Made by a program: the position numbers and the translations under genes. From the human T2T-CHM13v2.0 reference genome, Homo sapiens, in the NCBI RefSeq assembly GCF_009914755.1, contig NC_060926.1: DNA of 64,000 nt. One strand, 5' to 3'. A model generated the notes under the pieces. It searched no databases. It was not told where the DNA came from and saw nothing but the letters and a program-made list of their open reading frames with translations. Positions 38,876-51,658 of this stretch are shown piece after piece. Every line of letters starts with the position of its first letter. The first letter of the stretch is position 1.

Positions 38876-39526
38876 TTAAACCTGCAATCAAGGTGTCACT
38901 GTTGTGCTGTGAGATGGGATAAGCTAGCATGCGTGTGTACGTGTCTGGCTGATGGGAGGCAGATGTCTGCAGACTTTCCCTGATGCCGTTCTATAGAGTC
39001 TCCTGGTACCGTTGATGAATACATAACTGATCTGTTCCACAAATGGCTACAATTTGTTTATGATGTGTCTTGAGAATGTTCTGATTAGCCTTGTCTCTGA
39101 TGTTTGCAAAAGTTGTAAATGAAAGCTAACTGTAGTTCACTCCATAGGGTTTCTGATTAAAGTTATACAGGAATCAGCTCCCTCAAAGTCCATCACATGT
39201 TTAGATCCCATTGAATTCTATGCTTATCCCCTAGATCAAAATTACTGCATAGACACTTGGAGGAAATGCTTCACTCATTCCTTAACAAAACTGATGTGAG
39301 GCAATCAAGCCACTGAAGGGAACACAGAGCAGGTCATGCAAGAGGATTCAATTCTATATGAAATATTGGGCTGAGGAATAAATGAAATTTCAAACCCAGA
39401 CTCAATGGTCTACCCTTAGTGTCACCTTCTATGTGGAGAGGAGAGTACCAAGAAAACATGTAGAATTAGCTTCCCTACTTCAGACTTCTCAAGTAAACCA
39501 GTTGCGTGTATTATTAATAATTTTCT

Positions 39527-40429
39527 TTTATATTTTTTTAATTTCTTCTAAAAAAATGGAATACATGTGCAGAATGTGCAGGTTTGTTACATAGGTATAC
39601 GTGTGCCATGGTGGTTTGCTGGACCTATTGACCCAGGCTCTAAGTTCCTTCTCCTCACCTCCAACCCCCAACAGGCCCTGGTATGTGTTGTTCCCCTCTC
39701 TGTGTCCATGTATTCTCATTGTTCAACTCCCAATTATGAGTGAGAACATGCAGTGTTTGGTTTTCTATTCCTGTATTAGTTTGCTGAGGATGATGGCTTC
39801 CAGCTTCATCTGTGTCCCTGCAAAGTACATGATCTCATTCCTTTCTATGGCTGCATAGATTTCCACGGTGTATATGTACCACATTTTCTTTATCCAGTCT
39901 ATCATTGACCGGCATTTGGGTTGAGTCCATGTCTTTGCTATTGTAAATAGTGCTGCAATAAACATATGTGTGCATGTATCTTTAGAGTAGAATGATTTAT
40001 ATTTCTTTGGGTATATACGCAGTAATAGGACTGCTAGGTCAAATGGTATTTCTGATTCTAGATCCTTGAGGAATCGCCACACTGTCTTCCGGAATGATTG
40101 AACTAATTTACATTCCCACCAACAGCGTGTGAAAGTGTTCCTATTTCTCCACAGCCTCACTAGCGTCTATTGTTTCCTGACTTTTTAATAATCGCCATTC
40201 TGACTGGCATGAGATGGTGTCACATTGTGGTTTTGATTTGCATTTCTCTGATGATCAATGATGTTGAGCTTTTTCTCATGTTTGTTGGGCACGTAAATGT
40301 CTTCTTTTGAGAAGTGTTTGTTCATATCCTTTGCCCACTTTTTGTTGGGGTTGTTTGCTTTTTCCTGTAAAATTGTTTGTCTTGTAAATTCTGGATATTG
40401 GACCTTTGTCAGATGGGTAGATTGCAAAA
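39527..40429 (-). mobile_element. L1PA8A-like 3' segment (about 0.9 kb), the L1 half of a U6-L1 chimera
   Basis: ORF-track peptides match the ORF2p C-terminus (WWECKLVQ..KTVWRFLKDLE..DTCT.MFIAALFTIAKTW.QPKC..MIDWIKKMW); 3' terminus tttcttctaaaaaaatggaatacatgtgcag and the short cctattgaccc..ctctaagttcc 3'UTR are L1PA8A-type. Confidence 0.9.
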
Positions 40430-40532
40430 AACATATGGAGTACTTCACGAATTTGTGTGTCATCCTTGCACAGGGGCCAAGCTAATCTCTGTATCATTCC
40501 AATTTTAGTGTATGTGCTGCCAAAGTGAGCAC
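40426..40532 (-). pseudogene. Full-length U6 snRNA retropseudogene fused 5' to L1
   Basis: Minus strand reads GTGCTCACTTTGGCAGCACATACACTAAAATTGGAATGATACAGAGATTAGCTTGGCCCCTGTGCAAGGATGACACACAAATTCGTGAAGTACTCCATATGTTTTTT, i.e. U6 with CpG decay and a 3-nt deletion at ACAGAGAAGA. Confidence 0.97.
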
Positions 40533-41095
40533 TTATTAATAATTTTCTATTGCTGTGTAACAAATTTCCATAAACTTAGTGCCTTGAAACAATGTAAGTT
40601 TGTTATCTCCTAGTTTCCATGTGTCCAAAGCCAGTAAAGCTTAGCTAGGCCTATGATCAGGATCTCCTAAAGCTGGAATCAAGTGACTATCTGAGCTGCA
40701 TTTCTTCTAGAGCTTAGAGTCTTTTTGTCCAAGTTCATATAGTTGGAAGAATTCAGTTCCTTGTGGCTGTAGGACTGAGGTTCTTGCTTCTTGGTGGCTG
40801 TCAGACAGGGCTGTTGTCAACAAGTACAGGCCACCCAGAGTTCCCAGACACCTGACCCTCTTGCAGGCCTTCTCATAACGTAGTAACTCATGTACTCAAG
40901 GCCAGGAAGAGAATCTCTCATTTCAGCTTGCTATGATGGAGTCTTATGTGACATATCATGATCATGGGAGTGGCTATCCTCAATTTGTCATATTTTATTG
41001 GTTAGAAGTAATCACAGTTTCCACCTGCACTCAGGAACCAGAAATTATGAAAGGGCATGACTTATTGGAGGTCATCTCAGAATTCTACCTACCAT
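40533..41095 (-). mobile_element. MLT1D/E-type MaLR LTR; its terminal tgta(tt) lies at about 39507, on the far side of the U6-L1 insertion
   Basis: ttctattgctgtgtaacaaattt..aaacttagtg..gttggaagaattcagttccttgtggctgtaggactgagg..ggaggtcatctcagaattctacctacca. Confidence 0.8.
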
Positions 41096-41186
41096 AATGT
41101 GTTAGGAGAGGTTGCTCCCACATTATTTTCAGATAAATACTGCAATCACAACACCAGAAGTGTGCAAAATAGCTCTCACATTCTTC

Positions 41187-41482
41187 TTTTTTTTTTTTTT
41201 TTGAGACTTGATCTCACCCTATTGCCCAGTCTGAGTGCAGTGGAATGATCATAGTTCACTGCAGCTTTGACCTCAGGGGTTCAAGTGATCCTTCCACCTT
41301 AGCCTCCTGAGTAGCTGGGACTACAGGCACATGCCACCATGCCCTGATAATTTTTTTTTAATGTAGAGACAGAGTCTTTTTATGTTACCCAGGCTGGTAT
41401 TGAGCTCCTGTAGTCAAGTGATCCTCCCACCTCAGCCTCCCAAAATGCTTGGATTATAGGCATGAGCCACCCGCACCTGGCC
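41187..41482 (-). mobile_element. AluJ
   Basis: Poly-T, gatcatagttcactgcagc, caagtgatcctcccacctcagcctcccaaa. Confidence 0.9.
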
Positions 41483-42384
41483 TCAGGTCATTCTTGACCC
41501 CTTTATGAGAAGGCATACTCAAGGCCATTGTTGAACTAAAGGATGAAGACTAAGTTCAGTGGTATAAAGGTGTGAGGAAGCACAAAGATTCTGCTGTAAA
41601 AATGCAAATTCAAAGGACCAGGGGCATTGGAATGAAAATTGCTACATGAAAATCTGAAGGACTTGAGTGCAGCTGAAAGAAATGTGTCTTCCTCCTTAAT
41701 TGTTTTAAATATTGAGGCATCCATTGAAAAGTTTTCAGTAATTTTTTTTTTCTGGGTCTTCTTAAATTAGGAAAAGTAGCTGTATGAAGATGGATCTCAA
41801 TAGTGAAAGAGTATGCATTGTGATGGCTCCTGTCAACAAGAATTTTCCAGTGAAGATTGTATTTACTTGTGCAGAGGCACATTTTAACTGGGCACCCACA
41901 TTATGCTAGGCAATTTCATGTAAAGAATCATATTTAATCCTCACTGTGAGATGATGCTATTTTCACTTTCAGTTACAGAAAACAAGGCCCAGAGAAACAA
42001 ACAATGTCCTCCATCTGGATTGTGCCTGCTGTAGGAACAGGAAGTAGGCTCTGCTCATGTCTGGGTATCCACTGCTTTCAGATCACAGACAATCAGTCAC
42101 TGCTCCTCACACAGCTGCTAAGTGGTGTGATCAGGACTGAAACCCCAGTGCCTCTGACTTCAAAGCCTATGCTGCTCCACTGCACCACAGCATCCATTTC
42201 ATCAAAGTCAGGAATTCCCCTGTTTTATCTTGAATCTCTATCAGCTGGCCCTGGGTGGTCGTTGTTCATGTTACTCATCATCTGTGTTATCAGTAGGAAT
42301 GCTTCCGGTATTACAGAAAGGGGACCATGCGTCAGAAAATGGTTACAAAGTGGCGAAAACTGACCTGACTGGGGATGTAGTCAA

Positions 42385-42640
42385 AGGGCAGGAACGGAGG
42401 GTGGGACAGGTCAAGGAGGTGACCAGAAAGGCACTCACCAGGGGAGCAAAATATAAAGAGGCACCAAAACACTCAGCGGTCCTGATAAATAATATTTTAG
42501 TGCAATATTTTAAAAATCAGAATTTTTGTAAAAATATCCAATGGTGAAGAAAATATCAACATTGTAAGTAAAGATGGGATCGCACCCTGCCCTTGCCAAA
42601 CTCACTCACTCACTTCATCGTCGTTACCTTACAGCCCTGA
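42385..42640. mobile_element. MER96B-like hAT MITE
   Basis: gcaaaatataaagaggcaccaaaacactcag..gataaataatattttagtgcaatattttaaaaatcag..aaaatatcaac. Confidence 0.65.
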
Positions 42641-43298
42641 GAGGAGGCAGAAGCCATAAAGAATGAGACCAGAGGAAAAAACCTCTCCTACTCCCATTTC
42701 TCCAGGTTTCTAGGAACAGGAATGAGGGAGAAGCAAGGGAATTCTTATCTGCAGAGGTCAGATTTCAGAGAAGTGACCATGATCTCTAGGAAAAGCATAG
42801 AAGCTTACCCATGGAAAGATCAGGAATCAGGAGACCTGTGTTCTGGTCTGGGCACCAGCACTAACTCACTGTGTGATTTGGGGCTAGCCCTTTTCTTTGG
42901 GCCTCAATGTACTCATTTTTAAAATGGGAGCTTTGAATTGAGTGCTTTCTGGGGTCCTTTCCAACTCAGACATTCTACAAGGCTATGGACTAGCAGATTC
43001 CAGGGAGAATACTCTGTCCTTTACTCTATGTGGAAGTGCAGAATTCCAGAGAAAACTTCAGTGGGTCAAATATGGACATCTTCTGTCTATTAGCTTTCCT
43101 TGCCTCTTTTCTCTTTCGTTTAGTGGTCAGTGGGCCACAAGAAGAGGCTAGTGGTCAGTTTCCACTGGTCCCTAGAAGTCAGGTCCCATGGAAGTTTGAA
43201 GTACTTAGCTTCTTGTAACTCTAGAACATCAGAGCTGACAGTACAACATTGGCCAGCTACGTCATAAGTCAGTTTGTACTAAAGATAATAACTACTGC

Positions 43299-43474
43299 AA
43301 TTAGCTGGGTATGGTGGCACATACCTCTAGTCTTAGCTACTTGAGAGGCTGAGGTGAGAGGATTACCCGATCCTGGGAGGTCAAGGCTGCAGGGAGCCAT
43401 GATCTTGCCACTGCACTACAGCCGGGGTGATAGAGTGAGACCCTGTGTCAAAAAAATCAATCAAACAGACACAC
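43299..43474 (+). mobile_element. Alu right-arm monomer (5'-truncated AluJ or FRAM)
   Basis: attagctgggtatggtggcac..ggaggtcaaggctgcag..agagtgagaccctgtgtc; TSD aaagataataactactg (43281-43297) / aaagataatagctgctg (43475-43491). Confidence 0.88.
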
Positions 43475-43599
43475 AAAGATAATAGCTGCTGTGTATGGAT
43501 ATGTAATTATGTAATAATAGCTGAGAGGCTGTATATAATAATGGTCTACTCCTGCACACAGCTGCTGGTATAGTGTTCTGTTTCTGCCTCTTCCCAGAT

Positions 43600-44197
43600 G
43601 CATTGGTCAGGGGGCCGCCAAGATGCAGAGCCCACAGACTATTTCAATCATCAGAGAGAATTTAATAGGAATTATTGTTAAAGAGGTATAAAGTTGTTAA
43701 TTAGGTAACTGAAAGTGTAAGAAGAAATCTCAAAGGTATCACAGAGGTAGCAACTGCAGGACACATGACAGCCCCTACGACTGAGGGAACAAAATGAGTG
43801 TGAGTTGGTTAAATCTTTGAACCTTAGTAGAGGGCCCCTTGGAACAAAAACAGAGACCTCTGAGAAGACGGCTGGCCGGCTGGTGTTGCTTTGGGGGCAT
43901 ACGATTGAGCTTGTCCTGCAAGTGGTGAAAAAAACTGTAAAGTGGGTTCAGCTACTGCAGCTGGAAAAAATTGCTCCTGGCAGGGAGAACAAGCATTAAT
44001 GGGGGAATAGCACATGCATGGAAAGTGAGGCAAGCAACAAACAGAAAGGGCCACGTCCCTCCAGCCTTGTAGAGCATAATGGGAATCCAGTTGGCAAGGC
44101 AAAAATGTGCTTTTCTGAACCTCGTCCCCAGCTCCACAAAGCAGCATACAGAAGGGTGGGTTTAGAGCTGAGAGTCCATAACTTAATAACTGGCACA
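43600..44197 (-). mobile_element. LTR33-family ERVL LTR
   Basis: agagagaatttaata..gtataaagttgttaattaggtaactgaaa..aaggtatcacagaggtagcaactgcagg..agaagggtgggtttagagctgagag..taataactggcaca. Confidence 0.7.
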
Positions 44198-44403
44198 CTA
44201 GCTACTTGACCTTAAGCAAATCACCTGACCTTTCTGTGCATGCATTTACTCATCTGTGAAAAACGAATACTAATGAACTCTTCTGAATAGGGTTGTTATC
44301 AAGGTTAAATTAGTTAATATACAGAAGTGCTTAGAACAGTTTCTTCAGTGCCCAATAAGCTAGTAGGCACTTATGTTAAAATAAGTGCCCAATAACATTT
44401 ACC

Positions 44404-45016
44404 TGTGTGTTAATTTTAATGTGTCAACTTGACTGGGCTAAGAACTGCCCAGATAGCTGGGCAGGTAAAACATTACTGCTGGGTGTGTCTGTGAGGGTAT
44501 TTCCAGAAGAGGTCAGCATTTGAATCAGTAGGCTGAGTGAAGAAGACCCACTCTCACCAGTGTAGGTTGGTACCAGCTAACGTGTTGAGGACCTTAACAA
44601 AACAAAAAGGCAGAAGAAAGGTCAGTTCACTGTGTGTGAGTTGGGACAGTCATCTCTTCCCATCCTCAGACTTTGGCACTTCTGGTTCTCGGCCTTCTTA
44701 TCTGAACTAAATTACATCACCATCTTTCTTGGTTCTCCAGCTTGCAGATGGCAGATGGTGGGACTTCTTGGCCTTCATAATTGTGTGAACCAATTCCCAT
44801 TATAAATATGACATGTCTGTGTGTATACATACATATATATAGACACATATATATAATGAATGTGTGTATTCATACGTATATACACATACACACACACATA
44901 TATGTGTGTGTATGTGTGTGTGTATATATGTGTGTGTGTGTATGTATATGTATATATACACACATACATATGTGCCTTCTATTGGTTCTGTTTCTCTGGA
45001 TAACCCTGAATTATGC
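44404..45016 (+). mobile_element. MLT2B-type solo LTR with an internal (TA/CA/TG)n expansion
   Basis: ttaattttaatgtgtcaacttgactgggctaag..tgcccagatagctgg..ggttctccagcttgcagatggcagatggtgggacttc..ctattggttctgtttctctggataaccctga. Confidence 0.85.
44818..44972. repeat. Compound (TA)/(CA)/(TG) microsatellite
   Basis: Alternating purine-pyrimidine tract inside the MLT2 LTR. Confidence 0.9.
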
Positions 45017-45785
45017 AATCTGGTATTATTATACAAAGGAAAGAGGAAAGAGCAAATATGTCTGCCTTGCCCAAGGCATTAGATTCACATTTTCCTTACA
45101 TTTTGTGGCTTAATTTCCAGAGTACTTCTCAGAAGTGAATGTCAACTTCCTGATGTTTATACTCAAGGAGAATGAGGTTTGGAGATCTGAGTAGTTTACT
45201 GAAGGCACTCACATTGAAAGATTTTATGAAGCTGAAATTCAAATCTAGATGTGCCCCATCCAAAGACCACCCTCTTTATACAGCAACATGCTGCTTCCCC
45301 TGGATCAAGAAACACAAGGTAATTATCATCTTATTGTACCACTCACTCATGAAGAGTTAAGCTAGACTTTACTGTCCTTAAGCCTCAGATAATTCACCTG
45401 TAAAATTAGAATAAAACACTTGTTTGGAACACTTGATCCAACGTTATAAAAATAGCATGATCGATCTCAATGGCAAGTCCAGCAAGATAAAATAGTAAGG
45501 GGAGAACACAAAGTCCTCTACGGTAAGGTCTGCTCTAACACAACATATGTGTTTCTATAAATTACAGCACTGCGGGAAAGTATGCCAGAAAAAACACAAG
45601 ACTTATGGAAAAAATGGGGTTACAACACTAAAAAACTTGATCAATGACACACAATCACAAAGAAAGTCATCTAATAAAAACAGTAGTGGAGTTGTGCGCG
45701 TGTTAAATGGTTAAGATATACTTAGATACCAGAATAAACATGGCATTTTCCTTGCAGAAGACCTGGAGTTTGCTTGTGGAAGTGG

Positions 45786-45804
45786 GTGCCAGCAGGGGGC
45801 AGCT
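45786..45804 (+). promoter_or_regulatory. Near-consensus CTCF core motif
   Basis: GTGCCAGCAGGGGGCAGCT matches the CCASYAGRKGGCRS core in non-repetitive sequence. Confidence 0.55.
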
Positions 45805-47320
45805 TGGGAGTCCCTGTGAAGTGGAGACTGGGGTTGATCAGAAATCAGAGAGAAAGTTCTAAAACCAGATGTGAATGGGTGTGGCTCATAACACACCCAG
45901 TGATCTGCGGTAGCCGGTAGAGGCATGGAGGTGTGTGTGTGTTTTGCATATTCCTAGGAACCCCGGGGTCAGCCGTATGCAGTTTCTAGCAGATGAAATA
46001 ATTCATTGCAAAGATATATTTACATTGTGCTCAAACTGTTTCCTAATATACTGATTACACCGAAAGAAGTGCAGAGTTTCAAAACAAATGTTACAGCAAA
46101 ACTGACTGTTTTTGGGTCCAAAAACTTAGCCAGAAAAATACACAATGAAAGAGACATGAGTTAACAGCCATGTGGGTTAGGACGTCCTCTGTGTTGGCAA
46201 TTGGCAGAGTGTGGAACCAGTGTACTGGGTTAATGAAAACCGAGATTGCACTGAGAACATATATCGTATGACAACAGCAGCAATAATAATAATAAAGAAA
46301 TTTACAGACAGGGATCTGGGTGAAGATTATGCTAATTAATTAAACACACAGTTAGAGAGAATCTCTTCTGTCCTAGGCAGAGCCGGCACCTTCTCCGGAG
46401 GAGAGCCTGATCTGCCGACATGACTGACCATAGAAAACATTGGCTGTATCTTAGGGATTATGGATGCCATTACCTCCACTGTGAGGAAGGTGCTATGGGG
46501 ATTAGCTATGACAATTCTCCTGGACACTTCCTAGAGCAGGTCAGGGGCTGGACTGAGACCAGGGTTTAAGGCAGTTAGATCCTGACCGAAAGTATTTTCC
46601 ACTGGACAATGCTGCTACTTCCCTATGTCTTCTGATGGGAGAATCTGTATCTTCATTGCTCTGGTAACTCAGTAAGTCGTCAATGCTAAGTTCTCTTTAA
46701 GTGACTAACTAGGCCAGACTCACTTGGGCAGAGTGACATTAATTAGTCACAGCATGGTCGGTGTATAGATACTTTGGACTAGAACCAACATCTGTCGAAA
46801 TAATGATGTTAAAACTAAGCGTTTGTTCTGCAGAGGTTCTGCCCTCCCTCCTGCCCCTCCCCCATAGATGCATTCCCTCCATCTTTGTACGTGCAGGGCC
46901 TCATTCTTCATATCACAATGTCGGGTAATTGTTGTAGGTTCAACTGCCTGTCTCCCTCCCTAACTGAGAGTTCCCAGGGAGCAGAGACTGGGCTTTATTC
47001 ATTTCAGCACCACAGGGATCTAGCGTGGGGTTTACACATAAAAGATGCTTATGATGTCAGCTCCATGAGAACAGAGACCATGTGCTCATGTCAGCCCTTG
47101 GTGTCTAAGCCAGTGTCTGGCATCAAGCAGACGTGCAGCAAATATTTGTTGGCTGAAAGCATGATCCTTAATGAAAGGTCATTTCCATTACATCAGTTAA
47201 TTAAATAAAAATATATCTGTTCAAAATTATGTGGTCAATGAAAAAAAAGTCCAAGGGCTCTTTAATGATGTGGGAAAATGTTCAGAGTATAATGCTGAGT
47301 TAAAAACAAAAAACAAAACA

Positions 47321-47655
<335 letters not shown>

Positions 47656-48420
47656 ACAGGCTGAAAATATGTAGATTCAGAATGATACTCATCATGTTAA
47701 AGAAATGCCCTCTGGTTTACATGGTTGTCTCTGGGTTCTGAGATTTGGGGTGACATTTACTCTCATCATTGTACCTTTAGGTCACTTTACAGATTATTTA
47801 AAATAAGCCTGCATTACTTTAAAAATGGGGAAGAAAATGTTTTAAGAGCAAATAATTTCATCAGGTGCTTTAGTTGGTATGTTTGTTCAGTGTAATTTAA
47901 GGGATAGGATGACTTCTGGGAAGGGAACATTTCACAAAATTGTTTTCTTTGCCTTCAGAAGGCCAAATTTTCTATCAGTTTGATGATTCTGGTAATTCGC
48001 ACATTAACTGGTGGCCTCCTTAGCGGGTGGTGCCCTGAGGAAGAGCATCTTTATTTCTGGGTTTCTATCACAGAGGCAAGAAGGAATCCAGGAACAGAAG
48101 GGCCTTCCAGCCTTGTTTTATATTGCTTTATTTATTTTAATTGTGTGACTTTGCTCTAAACTGTGCTGGGGGGTGGTATAAAATTAAAATACACTCACAT
48201 TGACTAAATCATTGACTGGCAATAATTTCCAGAGATTTGTTTGTTTCTGTTTTTTTTTTAAACTCTGAATTCTATGTTCTATGGAAAGCATTAGTTTCAT
48301 ACCTTTATTTTCATTTCATTATAATGTATGCCATTTTAAAATAGAAAAGAAAAAGAAAACCATCTCTATGAATATAAATCCTATTCCTAATAATAGATAT
48401 AATCACTCAACATAATAGAC

Positions 48421-48778
48421 CAGAGGTCAGCATAATACTCACCACAGGCCAAATCTGGCCCATAGCCTGCCTTTATATGACCTATTAGCTAAGGCTAGAC
48501 TATTAGCCAAGACTGTTTTTTCATGGTTTTAAATGACTGAAAACAAATTTTTTAAAAAATAAGGTTTCATGACGTGGGAATTACATGAAATTCAAATTTC
48601 AGTGTTGATAAATAAAGTTTTATTGGAACACAGCCATGCCCATTTGTTTGCATATTGTCATACAGCTGGCTTTTGCTCTGCAACAGCAGAGTGGAGTAGT
48701 TTCTGTAGACACCAAATGGTTTGCAAGCCTGGAATATGTACTTCCTGGCCCTTTGTAGAAACAATTTGCGAACTCCTG
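48421..48778. mobile_element. MER58B hAT-Charlie MITE
   Basis: cagaggtcagc..ggccaaatctggccc..atgaaattcaaatttcagtg..ttattggaacacagccatgcccatt..aactcctg; 8-bp TSD taatagac/taataggc. Confidence 0.85.
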
Positions 48779-49384
48779 TAATAGGCCTAGGTCAGTATTA
48801 CAAGGAAAGTTGGAATAACTTCAACCTATATAAAGGCGAAGCTAGATCAGACTGAGAAACAGTCAGAATTCTGAACTAGAAGAAATTGGGAAGGCATACC
48901 ACTGAGTCCCATTGTGACATGGTTCAGGCCTTCATCCTCTCATCTGGAATGACCCCAGCAGCCTGGGAACCTGTTCCAGCCTCTCATCTTGACACATGTA
49001 CTGTATGCCTACAGTCCAATCCACCGCTTCCTGCCACCCTCACACAACTGTGGCAAGGTTATCTTTGTAAAGGGAAACTGTGGTTGTGTTACTTTCCTGC
49101 TTACAGTCTCCAGGGCCAATGGATAGTTTATGGTAGTGGTCCTAGCTCTGTGCTTTGAGGAGTTCTGGATTCCTTGGAGGAATGTGTAAGGTACAGAGAT
49201 GGTGTGGGAGGGTTCGTTGAGTAAGCAGGTTGTGGATCTTTCTCTCTGTGCCCCCATTTCAACCAGAAAAGCTCTATTTCTGCTTTATTTGTGTATTATA
49301 TTTAATTTGAAGAATGGATTCTGTTGTTTAACAAAATAGCTGGAAAGCCACTAGTGGGTCAAGTTGAAGCCTCTTGTCCTGTTC

Positions 49385-49760
49385 CTGTGTGATCTAGTGT
49401 GATAGACACAGTGCTAACCAAACTTTGTTGTTCCCTGTCATTTCCGAGTCTCCCTTGCAGGGAATGGCGTTATTGCCAACGAACGTTGAGTAGAAGTGAC
49501 TCCCATCACTTCTGGGCTGAGAGAGCTGAGAACCAGTATACTGCCTCCATTTCTCCTTTACCTTGGTAACCTTGCAGGCTACTTGTCAGGATGTTGTATC
49601 TAAGAGTTGGCAGATCATGCAACAGCCCGGGTCCCTGAATGGCCATGTAGAACATGATCTCTACCCTGACCTATTTTAGACAGTACAATTAAATAAACAA
49701 GCAGACTTTTGTAGTAGAAAATCCCTGGAATTTGGGGTTTATTTATTACTAAAGAATAGC
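49385..49760 (+). mobile_element. Old MLT1 (J/K-like) LTR
   Basis: catttccgagtctcccttgcag..gagtagaagtgac..tcacttctgggctga..gggtccctgaatg..ccctggaatttggggtttatttattac. Confidence 0.55.
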
Positions 49761-50339
49761 TTTGCATCTGGCCCTTGTTTATCTGTCATTTATTACTTGG
49801 TTGGCTGATGTGTTAGGTGGTTGGTTGCTTAATTAATTTAACAACAACAACACACATATATGAAGAGTCTAGTATGTATTATGCTAAGTAGTGAGAATAT
49901 AAATATCTATCAGCTGTAGCTGCCAACCTCAAGGAGTTTATAGCTGAGTGACTTTCTTTCCATAGCTCACTACGTAAGCACTATCCTGCACAGACCCTGC
50001 ATCTCCATCATTCTAAACTGTGTATCCCTGAACTCACCCAAACAATTCATTCATCCGTCCCTTTGCCTAAACTGTTTCTACTGTCTGTGGACTGAGAAAT
50101 CTCAGAATCTGAATACCTAATAGCACAACGTGGCTAAAACACACTCTAATAGTTCCTGTTGGTAACAGACCTGTTAAATCATTATGAAAGAAAGAAAACA
50201 CAGAGCCCAGCAGAGTCAACTTAGCCTAAATCAATTCAATCAGTGTGTCACATGACCCAAGGAAGAGTGAAAACTGCCATCACTCATTCTGATGCCTTCA
50301 TTTTATGGTGCAAAACATCCAGATGCTAAGAAACACATC

Positions 50340-50543
50340 TGGAGCTTTTCTGTTTGTGATGATGGGAATGTTCTACATCTGCTCTGTCAAACCTGCCAGC
50401 AACTAGCCACATGTGACTATCGAACAATTAAAATGAGGCTAACGTGACTGAGAAACTAAATTTCTAACTTTTAATTCACTTTTAATTCGTTTCCATTTAA
50501 ACAGCCACGTGTGACTAGTTGCTACCTTATTGACCAATGTAGC
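50340..50543. mobile_element. MER3 hAT-Charlie MITE
   Basis: tgtgatgatgggaatgttctacatctg..actagccacatgtgactatcga..gtgactgagaaactaaatttt..agccacgtgtgactagttgctacc. Confidence 0.8.
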
Positions 50544-50551
50544 TCTACTAG

Positions 50552-50878
<327 letters not shown>

Positions 50879-51252
50879 GATCTGTTTATTTAATTCTTTT
50901 TGTTACCATAGCCTAAATATAATAAGTTTAAAAGATACAACCATAAGCACATTTTCAAATAACACAAAAGAGGTTATCACCAGCTAAATTCTAAAACTGA
51001 ATTTTCTCTACCAATACTTTTCCTTTCAACTTCTTTTGGTGCTTCACTCAATTAAAACAGCTCTGGGTTATAACCCAGGACCCTAGACCAAAATTCAAGG
51101 TGGACAGACTCAAGTGGTCCCCTCTGTCTCTAAGACCTCTGGTATCAGGGTGTTTCTCAAAACAACAGAGCAATAAATTCAGTAGTAATATTGGAAGTAT
51201 TCAAATAAGCATTTTCAAAATATTTGTGCATCCTTTTAATAAAAGAAAATAT

Positions 51253-51658
51253 ATTTTTTTTATTATACTTTAAGTTTTAGGTTACATGTGCACAACGTGC
51301 AGGTTAGTTATATATGTATACATGTGCCATGTTGGTGTGCTGCACCCATTAACTCGTCATTTAACATTAGGTATATCTCCTAACGCTATCCCTCCCCACT
51401 CCCCCCACCCCACAACAGGCCCCGGTGTGTGATGTTCCCCTTCCTGTGTCCATATGTTCTCATTGTTCAATTCCCGCCTATGAGTGAGAACATGCGGTAT
51501 TTGGTTTTTTGTCCTTGCAATAGTTTGCTGAGAATGATGGTTTCCAGCTTCATCCACGTCCCTACAAAGGACATGAACTCATCATTTTTTTACGGCTGCG
51601 TAGTATTCCATGCTGCATATGTGCCACATTTTCTTAATCCAGTCTATCATTGTTGGAC
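51253..51658 (-). mobile_element. 5'-truncated L1PA3/L1PA4 3' end (about 400 bp)
   Basis: ttattatactttaagttttagg..cattaactcgtcatttaacattaggtatatctcc..; TSD aataaaagaaaatat at 51238-51252 and 51659-51673. Confidence 0.95.

Noticed and set aside
40426-40532. Functional U6 gene
   Set aside because: Upstream sequence is the TSD and an MLT1 LTR rather than PSE/TATA; the ACAGAGAAGA region has a 3-nt deletion and CpGs have decayed
39765-40563. ORFs with L1 ORF2p-like peptides
   Set aside because: Frameshifted C-terminal remnants of a truncated L1 and read-through of U6; not functional CDS
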